Source of the DNA: an uncultured delta proteobacterium | GTDB taxonomy: Bacteria; Desulfobacterota; Binatia; Binatales; Binataceae | NCBI GenBank assembly: GCA_963782535.1 | Contig: CAWAKE010000003.1 | Span: 780,730-844,729, forward strand | Direction of reading: 5' to 3' | DNA: 64,000 bases | In this document: piece after piece, positions 9,113 to 18,820 of the stretch | How the letters are laid out: every line of letters starts with the position of its first letter | Numbering within the stretch: position 1 is the first letter of the stretch | Program-made: the position numbers and the translations under genes | The notes under the pieces: model-generated | Seen by the model: the letters and a program-made list of their open reading frames with translations, nothing else | Database searches by the model: none | Told to the model about the DNA's origin: nothing

Positions 9113-9871
9113 ATGAAAGTACTATTCGAAAAGAAGGGGCCGATCGCGTACGTCACGATCAATCGGCCGGAGCGGCTCAACGCCTGCGACTTCGAGGCTT
9201 ACGGAATGCTCACCGATATATGGTGCGAGTTTCGTGACGACGCGGCCTTGCGAGTCGCGATTCTTACGGGGACCGGTGACCGCGCCTTTTGCGCCGGCAG
9301 CGATATCAAAGACAATTACGTCGCGCGGCCGGACGAAGCATTGCTCAAGTCGCCATTCGCGGTGATGTACGATTTGTACAAGCCAATCATCGCAGCGATT
9401 AACGGCCATGCCAATGGCGGGGGTCTCGAACAGGCGCTCGCTTGCGATATCCGGGTGGCGGCGCATCACGCGCAATTCGGCCTGGGCGAAGTACGGCTGG
9501 GATGGCTGCCGGGCGGAGGTGGTACACAGCGCCTGCCACGATTGATATCGATTGGGCGCGCGCTCGAGATGCTATACACGGGTGGCCGGATTGGCGCCGA
9601 GGAGGCGATGCGACTGGGTCTGGTGGATTATGTAATGCCGATGAGCCGCATCATGAGCAAGTGCGAGGAAATCGCCACTGAGATTTGCAAAAGCGCGCCG
9701 TTGGCGGTGCAACGAATCAAGCAAGCGGCGATGCGCGGGCTCGATATGCCACTGGCCGACGGGCTCAAGCTCGAGCGCGAACTCTACAAATGGTTGCAGT
9801 CCACCGACGACGCACGCGAGGGCGCTCTGGCCTTTGCCGAGAAGCGCGCGCCCGAATGGAAGGGGAGATAG
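9113..9871 (+). CDS. enoyl-CoA hydratase/isomerase family protein
   Basis: crotonase fold (AFCAGSDI, GGGLE); start moved to ATG 9113 (MKVLFEKKGPIAYVTINRPERLNA); upstream part of the 8993 ORF is non-coding-like. Confidence 0.8.
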   Translation: MKVLFEKKGPIAYVTINRPERLNACDFEAYGMLTDIWCEFRDDAALRVAILTGTGDRAFCAGSDIKDNYVARPDEALLKSPFAVMYDLYKPIIAAINGHANGGGLEQALACDIRVAAHHAQFGLGEVRLGWLPGGGGTQRLPRLISIGRALEMLYTGGRIGAEEAMRLGLVDYVMPMSRIMSKCEEIATEICKSAPLAVQRIKQAAMRGLDMPLADGLKLERELYKWLQSTDDAREGALAFAEKRAPEWKGR

Positions 9872-9885
9872 GCAAGGTCGGGCGG

Positions 9886-10410
9886 CTATGGCGATGGGGC
9901 CGGCTTTAAGACAGGCGCCGTCGCGGATTTCTGCGATTCGCTTCGCAACTGGTTGAACAGGCTGCCGTTGAGATTGACGATCTGCCCGAGCGCCGCAACA
10001 ATCTTCGCTGACATTTCGGGGAAGGTGTCTTTACCGACGCGGAACACCGATGAATCCGCATAGACTTCGCCCGGCAATTTCGCGGCGAAGATAGTGAAGG
10101 TGATCGATACCGCTGAAATGCGCCCGACCATGCTGTCGCTGATACCTTCCCACAAATCTACCGACGCAATATGCACGCCGATGCCGTAGCCAGCGGTGGT
10201 AGTGGGTACCAGACGATAGCCGGGTGACTCGTCGATCTTATGTTTGAGAGCGACGCAAAAGCCCGCACCGACCGAATCGGGGCAATGGCAGGTAACTGCA
10301 ACCCCGACGCGCGAGTCGTTGGCGGCGGCATACACGGTTGTCGGGAGTACGCCGTCGATCATCAGCGCAAATGCGGCCGCAGCAAAAAAGATCAATCTTA
10401 GTGTTTTCAA
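9886..10410 (-). CDS. hypothetical secreted protein
   Basis: N-terminal signal-peptide-like segment (MKTLRLIFFAAAAFALMIDG); no recognisable domain. Confidence 0.5.
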   Translation of the reverse strand: MKTLRLIFFAAAAFALMIDGVLPTTVYAAANDSRVGVAVTCHCPDSVGAGFCVALKHKIDESPGYRLVPTTTAGYGIGVHIASVDLWEGISDSMVGRISAVSITFTIFAAKLPGEVYADSSVFRVGKDTFPEMSAKIVAALGQIVNLNGSLFNQLRSESQKSATAPVLKPAPSP

Positions 10411-10474
10411 GACCAGTGAAGGCTGACAAATGGCGAGGGCGCGCGCAACCGCCCGGCGCCGGCTGTGTGCTCAC

Positions 10475-11374
10475 TCATGCCGCAGCAACGTCAAGGCCTT
10501 GTTGCTCGCAGGTGTTCGCGACATCGGAGACGGTTGCGCGGTGCATTTCACGCGCCCAGCGCAAATCGTCGAAATCCGTGCCGCGATGCATGGTGCAACG
10601 ATCGTCCCACATCACGAGGTCATGCCGGCGCCATCGATGGGTATAGACGAACTGGCGCTGGGTCGCGTGGGCGACGAGACGGTCGATGAGGGCGAAGCTG
10701 TCATCCTCCGACATCCCGCGGATGCGGCCCGCGTGGGATGCGAGATAGAGCGACCGGCGGCCGTTTTCGGGAATCGTGCGCTCGATGACCTGAGGCACCG
10801 GCGGCAGATTGTTACGTTCGCCCTCGGTGAAGCTGTCAAAGCCGGTGCGCGCACGAGAGTACGCCAGCGCGTGATCCGCGATCAGCCCGGGCAGGATTCG
10901 TGCGAGCTCTGCGGGCAGGGCGTCGTGGGCGGCGCGCAAATCGGCAAATTCGGTATGGCCTCCGATTGGAGGGATCTGGCGCGCATAGAGCAGCGACGCA
11001 CGGGCCGGCAGTTACTTGAATGAGCTGTCGGTATGCCACAGGCGGTTGGCTTGCTGGAGGGCGCGGACGCGGCTGTCCTCTTTCCAGATTTGATTGCGCA
11101 GATTCAGATTGGAAACATCGGCCAATTCGGCAGGAATCCGTAACTTTGCGTCCTGGTTGAGCGCGGCCACGCTGGTTTCGAGCGGGCCGAAGTGGCCGGC
11201 AAATTCCAGATGCTGCTGTTCGGTGAGATCCTGATCGGGGAAAATCAGCACGGCGAAATCCCAGAAGGCCTGCTTGATCGCGGCGAGATCATCGGCGCCA
11301 AGCGGCCGGGAGAGGTCAGAGTCGCCAACTTCTGCGGCGAAGCCCGGCGTAATCGGGCAAATAGTGACGGGCAT
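10475..11374 (-). pseudogene. TauD/TfdA-family Fe(II)/2-oxoglutarate dioxygenase interrupted by an in-frame TAA (at 11012-11014)
   Basis: The two ORFs 11012..11440 and 10475..10939 are in the same frame. Together they read ...WHTDSSFK*LPARASLLYARQIPPIGGHTEFADLRAAHDALP, a contiguous TauD motif region. ATG at 11374 is preceded by GGAGG. Confidence 0.7.
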
Positions 11375-11559
11375 TCGGTAAGACCTCCGGGGAACGGCGC
11401 TGCTAATGCTATCGCAAATCGAACGCCGGGCGGTCAACATTGTTATCGCGTGGGCGGGCCAGTGTCGCGACGGACCGCAACAATATGGTACCGATTTGTA
11501 CGCACGAGATGGAAGAACGTCGTGCGCAAGGTCATTGGGATGGGCGGAGGAATTTTTCG

Positions 11560-12018
11560 GTGAATCAGGATCGCAAGGTGCTAATCGGCCGCGCGCTGCC
11601 AGCGTTTACTTGCGTGCTCGACGAGGAAAACGTGCGCGACTATCTGCGCGTCACGGATGAGAATGTTGCGGCCTATCACGACGCCGCCAGTGCCCGCACA
11701 TCTGGCTATGATCGCCGCATTATTCCGCCGTCGTACGCGCCGTGGATTGCGTTGAGCGCGCTGCTCCGCTCGATCGATTGGGAGCGTGATTTCTACCTCG
11801 ACTACCGAACCGGTACGTCAATGTTCGGCGAACAGGAAATGATTTACGCGCGGCCGCTTCATGTTGGTGAATCGTTGACCTTTAGTGCGACCGTTCGCGA
11901 TATCGTCGAGAAGCAGGGAGCGCGGGCATTCGACCTGGTAACGATTAGCTATGACGCGACCGACGAGAGTGGTGCAAGCGCATTGCGCGGCGCCTGCGGG
12001 TTCATACTCTTCAAATAG
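11560..12018 (+). CDS. MaoC/hotdog-fold dehydratase subunit (N-terminal-type)
   Basis: hotdog-fold pattern; GTG 11560 preceded by GGAGG; the upstream part of the ORF overlaps the oppositely oriented pseudogene start and was trimmed. Confidence 0.6.
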   Translation: MNQDRKVLIGRALPAFTCVLDEENVRDYLRVTDENVAAYHDAASARTSGYDRRIIPPSYAPWIALSALLRSIDWERDFYLDYRTGTSMFGEQEMIYARPLHVGESLTFSATVRDIVEKQGARAFDLVTISYDATDESGASALRGACGFILFK

Positions 12019-12044
12019 AAAATCCAGAGACAGGAAATCCCTCG

Positions 12045-12485
12045 ATGGATCAGCGTGCGAAGGCCTTTTTCGAAGAAATGGCTCCGGGAACGGAAATTCC
12101 GCCGGCCAACTATGGTCCGATGGACCGCAACGCCTATATCACGACCGCGATAATCCTGCGCGATGGAAATCCGCTGCATCTCGATCGCGTCTATGCGCAC
12201 GACCGCGGTTTGCGCGACGTGGTGCAACAGGGTCCGCTGAATCAGTCCTATCTATATCGATTCCTCACCGATTGGCTGCATCGGCCGTGGGATCTGCGCC
12301 GCACTAAAATTCGCTTCGTCGCGAACGTCTTTCCGGGCGACGTCTTGAGCTGCCACGGTATCGTTGTCCGTACCTATCATGAAAACAACGAAGCGTTGGT
12401 TGACTGCAAGATATGGCAGGAGAATCAGAGCGGCAAGAAAACTCTTGTCGGCGAAGCGACTTTTACCTTACCGGAACGGAACTGA
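12045..12485 (+). CDS. MaoC-like (R)-specific enoyl-CoA hydratase subunit
   Basis: 146 aa MaoC dehydratase-like domain; forms an adjacent pair with the previous hotdog ORF (HadAB-like two-subunit arrangement). Confidence 0.7.
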   Translation: MDQRAKAFFEEMAPGTEIPPANYGPMDRNAYITTAIILRDGNPLHLDRVYAHDRGLRDVVQQGPLNQSYLYRFLTDWLHRPWDLRRTKIRFVANVFPGDVLSCHGIVVRTYHENNEALVDCKIWQENQSGKKTLVGEATFTLPERN

Positions 12486-12614
12486 CTAATGGAACTGACT
12501 ATGAGGCGCGCAGGTGGAGGCGGAATGGCTACGCTCTTCCGCGGGCAATTTACCTAATACGCGCGTCGAAGCTCAGATCGCTTCGCTCGGACAATCGGAT
12601 TTGTAGGCCACCGC

Positions 12615-13844
12615 TCAAGCAACCGACAGCAGCAACATTCCATTAAACCATAACACGGTTGCGGTCGCGAAAAGCGCCAGGATATTGGTAAGCCTCCCAT
12701 TCGCGTACTCTCCCATCACAGCCGGGCGCATAGTCAGGAAGACCAGCGGAATCAAGGCGAACGGAAGTACGACGCTCAAAGCGATCTGGCTATAGATCAG
12801 GATCCGGAAGGGATCAAAACCCATCGCAAGGATGGCGAGGGCCGGGACCAGCGTGATGGCGCGGCGCAGAAAGAGGTTTGCGCGAATCCCCCAGAATCCC
12901 TCGAAAACGACTTGGCCGGCGAGTGTGGCGGTCGCGGACGATGATATTCCCGCTACCAGCAATCCGAACGCGAAGGCACCGGCGGCCAGTGGGCCGAGCA
13001 GCGGCAACAGGGTTAAGTGAGCCTGCTCGATTGACATCACCGTGCGGCCGTTCTTGTGGAACACGGTTGCGGCCGTGATCAGGATAGCGGCGTTTATCAG
13101 CCAAGAAGCGTTGAGCGCGATGAGTGAATCACCGGCCGTTGACATCAGAGCGAAACGCTTCTCATCCTCGGTATCCCTGCGCACCAGCGACGAGTGCAAG
13201 AAGAGGTTGTGCGGCATTACCGTGGCGCCGACGATGCCAGCCGCGATAGCCGCACTGTCGCGGTCGAGTCGAGGTAAAAAGGTCGATGTGAGAATCGCGG
13301 CCCAATCCGGTGGCGCCATCGTTAACTCCACCACGTAGCAGAGGCCGACGAGCATGATCATAAAAATGAAAAGGCGTTCGACCGTGCGATCGCCGTAACG
13401 GTAAAGCGCCAGGATGCCGAAGGCGGCAAGCACGCTAAGAACTGCGGCAACGAGGCTTCCGAAGCCAAAAAGGAGTTCAAATCCGAGGATCGCACCCATA
13501 AATTCCGCAACGTCGGTCGCAATCAAGCCAATTTCCGCAACAACCCAGAGCGTGACCCAAACGCTGGTTGGAAAATGGCGACGACAGTTCTCGGAATAGG
13601 AATCCCCCGTAACCACGCCTAGCCGGGCGGACAAGAATTGAACGATGAGCGCGATCAAATTGCTGGCAAAGATCACCCACAAAAGCTGATAGCCAAAACG
13701 GCTGCCGGCCTCGAGGTCGGTCGCCCAGTTGCCGGGGTCGATGTAGCCGACGGCCACCAGAAAAGCGGGGCCGATATATGAGGCAAATCGCACAAAAGCG
13801 TGACCGCGCTGCGGTGCACGCTCGAAAACTTCAGAAGCTGCCAT
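12615..13844 (-). CDS. mntH: Nramp-family divalent metal (Mn2+/Fe2+) transporter
   Basis: GYIDPGNWATDL signature; about 11 predicted TM segments; 409 aa. Confidence 0.9.
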   Translation of the reverse strand: MAASEVFERAPQRGHAFVRFASYIGPAFLVAVGYIDPGNWATDLEAGSRFGYQLLWVIFASNLIALIVQFLSARLGVVTGDSYSENCRRHFPTSVWVTLWVVAEIGLIATDVAEFMGAILGFELLFGFGSLVAAVLSVLAAFGILALYRYGDRTVERLFIFMIMLVGLCYVVELTMAPPDWAAILTSTFLPRLDRDSAAIAAGIVGATVMPHNLFLHSSLVRRDTEDEKRFALMSTAGDSLIALNASWLINAAILITAATVFHKNGRTVMSIEQAHLTLLPLLGPLAAGAFAFGLLVAGISSSATATLAGQVVFEGFWGIRANLFLRRAITLVPALAILAMGFDPFRILIYSQIALSVVLPFALIPLVFLTMRPAVMGEYANGRLTNILALFATATVLWFNGMLLLSVA

Positions 13845-14330
13845 GCGCAGCGACCGTACCAGCTTTGAACTTCACCGGAAACAGCGCAACCCCGGCGGCT
13901 GCCGTTCTCGCGCCGTACACGGCAGCGAATGGAGCCATGCTGATTGCGGCATCCCGATTTGCAAGTTATTGATCAGTTTGCCACTATTGGCGGCGAAATT
14001 ACTGCGGCAAAAAGGTGCGAGTGCGGCCGCTCTGAATGCGTGTAATCTGAGCTTCGAGCGGCCCGATAGAAATTGCGTCCGGGAGGTCTCGCGCCGGCGG
14101 ATGGACAGGCTCCAGTCAAGCGCAGGAATATCCTCTGATTTTATGCGAGGAGCTTTGCGGTCTGGCCACCTGATTGAATAATCGAGCAGTATCCGGGGTT
14201 TGACTTTCCAGACGATATGTAGAAGGAAATCGTCGAGGGATTGACGCGTGTAAAGATAGCGCGAGCTGGCGGGTTGGGCTCTGCCGGCCTCGGCGGCATC
14301 GAGATTGAGTTGCGAAAAGGCAAGATCGGA

Positions 14331-14345
14331 TCGCGATAATCGCGA
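14331..14345. promoter_or_regulatory. 15-bp palindrome TCGCGATAATCGCGA upstream of the SDIMO operon (candidate activator/UAS site)
   Basis: perfect odd palindrome about 50 bp upstream of the sigma54-like element. Confidence 0.3.
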
Positions 14346-14392
14346 TTTCGGATGATGATTTATTAACGGAATTACCGGGCCAATGGCTACGA

Positions 14393-14407
14393 TGGCTCGC
14401 CAAGTGC
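14393..14407 (+). promoter_or_regulatory. putative sigma54 (-24/-12) promoter TGGCtcgccaagTGC
   Basis: GG and GC dinucleotides separated by 10 nt, matching TGGCAC-N5-TTGC spacing, about 50 nt upstream of the ATG at 14456; AAGGAG RBS at 14443-14448. Confidence 0.3.
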
Positions 14408-14455
14408 CGGAGCCACCTCGGCCAGATAGAGAAGACGCACAATAAGGAGACGACT

Positions 14456-16120
14456 ATGGCTAGCGGACTTAACCTCTCAAAGATTAAGGCTCAACGAGGA
14501 ATTCCGTTAAGCGAAGCGGCTCGACTGGTCTCCGACCTGGATTGGGTGCCCTCATACGCCAAGGAAGCCGCCAAGTATCCTACCGACTATAAGATCACGA
14601 AAGCTCCCAAAGACCCGACCAAATCAGTTCTCCGTTCGTATTTTCCGATGCAGAACGAGAAGAACAACCGGGTGTATGGCGCCCTGGATGCGGGGCTGCG
14701 CGGGGACATGTTCCGCAATGTCGAACCGCGCTGGATGGAGTGGATGAAGCTGTTTTTGGGCATCATCCCTTTTCCGGAAATCTCTGCAGCGCGTTCGATG
14801 GCGATGGAAGCGCGAGTGGTGCCGGGCGCCAACCTGAAGACCGGATTGACTATGCAAATGGTCGATGAACTCCGGCACTCCACGATCCAGATGAACCTTA
14901 AGAAATGGTACATGGAGAACTATATTGATCCGGCCGGCTTCGATATTCACGCGAAGGGCTTCGGTCGTTGTTACGCGAGTACGATTGGGCGGCAGTTCGC
15001 TGAAGGATTTCTGACTGGAGACAACATCACGGCTACCAATATCTTCCTGCAGGTGGTAGCCGAGACTGCATTTACCAATACATTGTTCGTCGCGATGCCT
15101 TCCGAGGCTGCCCGCAATGGCGACTATGCGATGCCGTCGGTCTTCCTGTCGGTGCAGTCCGACGAATCGCGGCACATGAACAACGGTCATGCGGTTCTGA
15201 TGTCGGTGCTCAATCACCCGGAAAACCATCAGCTATTGGAGCGCGATCTTCGGTACGCGTTGTGGCAGAATCACGCGATCGTGGATGCCGCTATCGGCGT
15301 GATTATTGAGTACGGCACCAAAGATCGGAGCAAGGACAAGGAATCATACCTCGAGCTTTGGCACCGGTGGGTTTACGACGACTATTACCGCAGCTTCCTG
15401 CTGCCGCTAGAAAAATACGGCGTTAAAATCCATCACGATGACATCGAAGAGATGTGGAACCGCATCTCCAAGAAGTGGTACGTGCACGAAGTTGCGCAGT
15501 TCTTTTCGGCCGGATGGCCGGTCAATTACTGGCGTATTGGCGGAATGGATGAGCGCGACTTCGAGTGGTTCGAGTACAAATACCCCGGTTGGTATAATCG
15601 GTTTGGGAAATGGTGGGAAAACTATCGGAAGCTCTCCAAGCCCAACCAGAAGCCGATCGTCTTCGAGGATACGGGATACAAGTATCCGATCCGCTGCTGG
15701 AGTTGCCTGGTTCCCGCTTTGATTCGCGAAGATTTCGTCTACGACGAAGTTGACGGTGAAGTTTTCGCCTACTGCTCCGAGATTTGCCGTTGGACGCACA
15801 AGGTTGCCTTTCAGGGCGAATACGAAGGTCGCCCGACCCCGGCGATGGGGCGTTTCACCGGCAAGCGAGAATGGGAGACCTGCTATCACGGGTGGGACTT
15901 GGCGGACATCCTGAAGGATCTCAAATTCCTGCGCAGCGACGGCAAAACGCTGATCCCGCAGCCCCATCTGTTGTGGGACGAAAAAGATATGTGGACCCTC
16001 GATCATATCAAGGGGTTGGAGTTCCGTAGCCCGCTGGTCGATTTCCGTGCGATGACGCCCGAACAAAGAGCGAAATGGGCTGAAGAATATCGCAAAGGCT
16101 TCACGGTACACTCGATCTAG
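14456..16120 (+). CDS. soluble di-iron monooxygenase (SDIMO) hydroxylase alpha subunit, propane/phenol (PrmA/MimA) type
   Basis: 554 aa; both di-iron E...EXXH motifs present (DELRH, DESRH); group 5/6 length; C-terminal C-X2-C...C-X3-C cluster. Confidence 0.9.
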   Translation: MASGLNLSKIKAQRGIPLSEAARLVSDLDWVPSYAKEAAKYPTDYKITKAPKDPTKSVLRSYFPMQNEKNNRVYGALDAGLRGDMFRNVEPRWMEWMKLFLGIIPFPEISAARSMAMEARVVPGANLKTGLTMQMVDELRHSTIQMNLKKWYMENYIDPAGFDIHAKGFGRCYASTIGRQFAEGFLTGDNITATNIFLQVVAETAFTNTLFVAMPSEAARNGDYAMPSVFLSVQSDESRHMNNGHAVLMSVLNHPENHQLLERDLRYALWQNHAIVDAAIGVIIEYGTKDRSKDKESYLELWHRWVYDDYYRSFLLPLEKYGVKIHHDDIEEMWNRISKKWYVHEVAQFFSAGWPVNYWRIGGMDERDFEWFEYKYPGWYNRFGKWWENYRKLSKPNQKPIVFEDTGYKYPIRCWSCLVPALIREDFVYDEVDGEVFAYCSEICRWTHKVAFQGEYEGRPTPAMGRFTGKREWETCYHGWDLADILKDLKFLRSDGKTLIPQPHLLWDEKDMWTLDHIKGLEFRSPLVDFRAMTPEQRAKWAEEYRKGFTVHSI

Positions 16121-16211
16121 TGTCGGTCGTGAGCGTTGAAGTGAGTAAACAAAGACCTCGTGATTCGGCGGCCGCACAGCGTGCGTGTCGCCGACTGATT
16201 GCGGAGTAGTC

Positions 16212-17243
16212 GTGTCGAAGTCTTACAACGTTCGCCTGGAGCCGGTCGGCGTCGAGATGGAGGTCGAGGAAGGCGAAACAGTGCTATCCGCGGCCTTTCG
16301 TCAGGGTATCATGCTGATGCATGGCTGTAAGGAAGGGCAGTGCTCCAGTTGCAAATCGATTTTGCTCGACGGCGATATCGAATTACTCAAGTATTCTACT
16401 TTTGCGCTGGCCGACTATGAACGGGACGAGAACTATATACTACTTTGCCGGACCTTGGCGCACAGTGATCTATCCGTTGAGCTACTGAGTTATGATGAGG
16501 ATCTTCTAACGCACTCGATCCCGGTGCGGAACTATCCCGCGAAGGTTGTAGCAATCGATCGCCTCACGCCTGACATCTGCGGACTCGGGCTCGAGTTGGG
16601 CCTGCCGTTCAAGTTCTTTGCAGGTCAGTACGTTGACATCACGCTTCCCGGCAGCGGATTGATCAGATCCTTTTCGATGGCCAATCCTCCCGGCGACAGC
16701 CGGCTAGATTTTATCATCAAGATATATCCGGATGGCGCGTTTTCGTCGGCGCTCGACAAGGAACTCAAAATCGGCGACGAACTCGATATCAAAGGCCCGT
16801 ACGGAATCTGCTTTCGACACGAGAATCGATCAGGTCAGATGATTCTCGTTGGCGGCGGCTCTGGGATGGCGCCATTGTGGTCTATCGTAAATGATCTTGT
16901 GCGTAGCGGGGAGCAGCGTCCGCTAACATTTTTCTATGGTGCGCGCACTCAGCGCGATCTATTTTACCTCGATCGGATCGAGGCGATTGGCAAGGTCCTG
17001 CCGGATTTTCGCTTCATCCCCGCGCTTTCCAATGAGCCGGCAGGAACCGACTGGAAGGGCGAAACCGGTTTCATCCATGAGGTAGTCGCCCGCCACCTGC
17101 GCGGCGCCGATATCGACGATCAGGCGGAAGCCTATTGCTGCGGGCCGCCGCCAATGATCGAGGCGACAGTACCGGTACTTCAAGTAAGCGGAGTAGAACC
17201 GGAGCGCATCCACATGGAGAAGTTTACTCAGGCTTCGCATTGA
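16212..17243 (+). CDS. SDIMO NADH oxidoreductase (plant-type [2Fe-2S] ferredoxin + FAD/NAD(P) reductase)
   Basis: C-X4-C-X2-C ferredoxin motif (CKEGQCSSCKS), RSFS FAD motif, GGGSGMAP NAD motif; GTG 16212 with a GGAG RBS is preferred over GTG 16185. Confidence 0.85.
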   Translation: MSKSYNVRLEPVGVEMEVEEGETVLSAAFRQGIMLMHGCKEGQCSSCKSILLDGDIELLKYSTFALADYERDENYILLCRTLAHSDLSVELLSYDEDLLTHSIPVRNYPAKVVAIDRLTPDICGLGLELGLPFKFFAGQYVDITLPGSGLIRSFSMANPPGDSRLDFIIKIYPDGAFSSALDKELKIGDELDIKGPYGICFRHENRSGQMILVGGGSGMAPLWSIVNDLVRSGEQRPLTFFYGARTQRDLFYLDRIEAIGKVLPDFRFIPALSNEPAGTDWKGETGFIHEVVARHLRGADIDDQAEAYCCGPPPMIEATVPVLQVSGVEPERIHMEKFTQASH

Positions 17244-17309
17244 TTTTGGGCAAAGCGATCCTGCAGCAATCACGTATTATATTCATGGAAATCAGAACAG
17301 GAGGCTCAG

Positions 17310-18377
17310 ATGGCGGAGTCTGAAAAAGAGTCGGCGGCGGCGGGCGCCAGGACATTTCCCGGGTCGGATAGCCGTAAGTTTGACTATTTTGAACCGCAAG
17401 GGCGGACTGCGACACTGTATGAAGACCTGACCGTGGATGTTCAGCCGGATCCCGAACGCTACCTCCTGCAGGGTTGGATACTCGGGTTTCCCGACGGTTC
17501 GCCGACCTACACGGAAAAGCGAACTGCGGTAAAAAGTTCTAATTGGCATCAGTTTCGTTCGGTCGATCAGGAATGGGACCGCACGCACTATCAACGCCAA
17601 GCCGCCGTTGAAAGCGCGATTAAAATGATCAGCGAGAATGCCCGGGCCCAAGGCGCCCCAGCCGCATTCGATCCTAGTTGGGTTTCAGTTCTGCAAAATC
17701 ACGTCGGCGCACTGAAGCATCCCGAATACTCACTCGGAATAACTTTCATGCAGGCGCAGCGCGACGGCATGAGCCAGATGATCAACACCACGATTCTGAC
17801 GAACGCATCTTACAAGCTGCGATTCTGCCAGGATTTGACACTCTATCTGGCGGAAATCGGTCTGGATCTCAGCAAGTTCGATACGGCTGCGGGTAAACAA
17901 TCCTGGCTGAACGATCCGGTTTGGCAGGACAGCCGCAAGGGGATCGAGACTATCAGGGGTATATCCGATTATCTTGAGGGCGTTTTCGCTGCGAATCTGC
18001 TCTATGAAAACCTGGTGACCAGCCTGGTGCGTAAATTTGTCGTGCGGTTCGGTGCCGAGCATGGCGATTTTGCGACACCCAGCGTAGTAGGCTTCGGCCA
18101 GGCAGATTACGAACGCAATCTCGCAAACAGTATCGAATTGTTTCGCGTTCTGCTCAACGACGACAAGTACGCTGAGACTAATCGTGACTTGGCGAAGCAC
18201 TGGATCGAGAAATACGCGCCGCTGTGTGTAAAGGCGGCTCAGGGACTGCTGCCGCTGTGGTCGCAGACCCGGATTAAGTGCGCTACTTTCGAAGACGCCT
18301 TTGAACATGTCAAAAGCAATACCGTCGAGAGCTTGTCGCAGATAGATCCGGCGCTCGCGAAGGGAGTGAAATTCTGA
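17310..18377 (+). CDS. SDIMO hydroxylase beta (small) subunit
   Basis: 355 aa, position and size as PrmC/MimC; GGAGG RBS; stop overlaps the next start (TGATG). Confidence 0.8.
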   Translation: MAESEKESAAAGARTFPGSDSRKFDYFEPQGRTATLYEDLTVDVQPDPERYLLQGWILGFPDGSPTYTEKRTAVKSSNWHQFRSVDQEWDRTHYQRQAAVESAIKMISENARAQGAPAAFDPSWVSVLQNHVGALKHPEYSLGITFMQAQRDGMSQMINTTILTNASYKLRFCQDLTLYLAEIGLDLSKFDTAAGKQSWLNDPVWQDSRKGIETIRGISDYLEGVFAANLLYENLVTSLVRKFVVRFGAEHGDFATPSVVGFGQADYERNLANSIELFRVLLNDDKYAETNRDLAKHWIEKYAPLCVKAAQGLLPLWSQTRIKCATFEDAFEHVKSNTVESLSQIDPALAKGVKF

Positions 18378-18739
18378 TGGCAGAACGACCGCAAGCGAAC
18401 ATCGACGTTCATGGCGCTCGTGAAGACGCGGTCTCCCATAAGTGTGGAGTGACGCTGAACGATAGCGTGCAGAGCCGCGAGATCGTCAAGGTGATGGAGC
18501 ATAAGCCCGGGGTTGTAATTACCCACTATCCTTCGATGATCAGGATCGATGGCCAGGACAAGCTCGAATTCGACATGAAAGAGTTGAGCGAGGCGTTGGG
18601 CCGCGAATACGATCCCTACGATTTTACGATCGAGATGGCTACGCACTACGGGCGGATGGTCATGTTCGATGACAAGCTGGTTTTTTTCGGCAAGCTTGAA
18701 GATGCGCTGCCCTATGAAATGGCGGACGAGGACACCTGA
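18377..18739 (+). CDS. SDIMO coupling/effector protein (MmoB/DmpM family)
   Basis: 120 aa; start overlaps the beta-subunit stop; size and position as PrmD/MimD. Confidence 0.75.
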   Translation: MAERPQANIDVHGAREDAVSHKCGVTLNDSVQSREIVKVMEHKPGVVITHYPSMIRIDGQDKLEFDMKELSEALGREYDPYDFTIEMATHYGRMVMFDDKLVFFGKLEDALPYEMADEDT

Positions 18740-18770
18740 CGCCGGCGGGTTGCGAGACTCAGAGGCGTTA

Positions 18771-18801
18771 GCTTCCGACCGCGGAAGCCTTCAATTTTCA
18801 A
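18771..18801 (+). terminator. weak hairpin (GCTTCCG-ACCG-CGGAAGC) plus T-rich tail between coupling protein and chaperonin; possible attenuator
   Basis: 7-bp stem followed by CTTCAATTTTCAA. Confidence 0.3.
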
Positions 18802-18820
18802 CTCTGACTGGAGATAGCGG

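Noticed and set aside
11012-11014. Possibility that the in-frame TAA stops in the TauD and IS5 genes are recoded or read through
   Set aside because: TAA is used as the terminator of many intact genes in this window (for example the ACAD at 911-913). No recoding signals are evident. Nonsense mutation or sequencing error is more parsimonious.
13845-14100. Mn-riboswitch (yybP-ykoY) or Fur/MntR box upstream of the Nramp gene
   Set aside because: Only a weak Fur-like TTATTGATCAGT match was seen. No convincing riboswitch core was found, so it is not reported as a feature.
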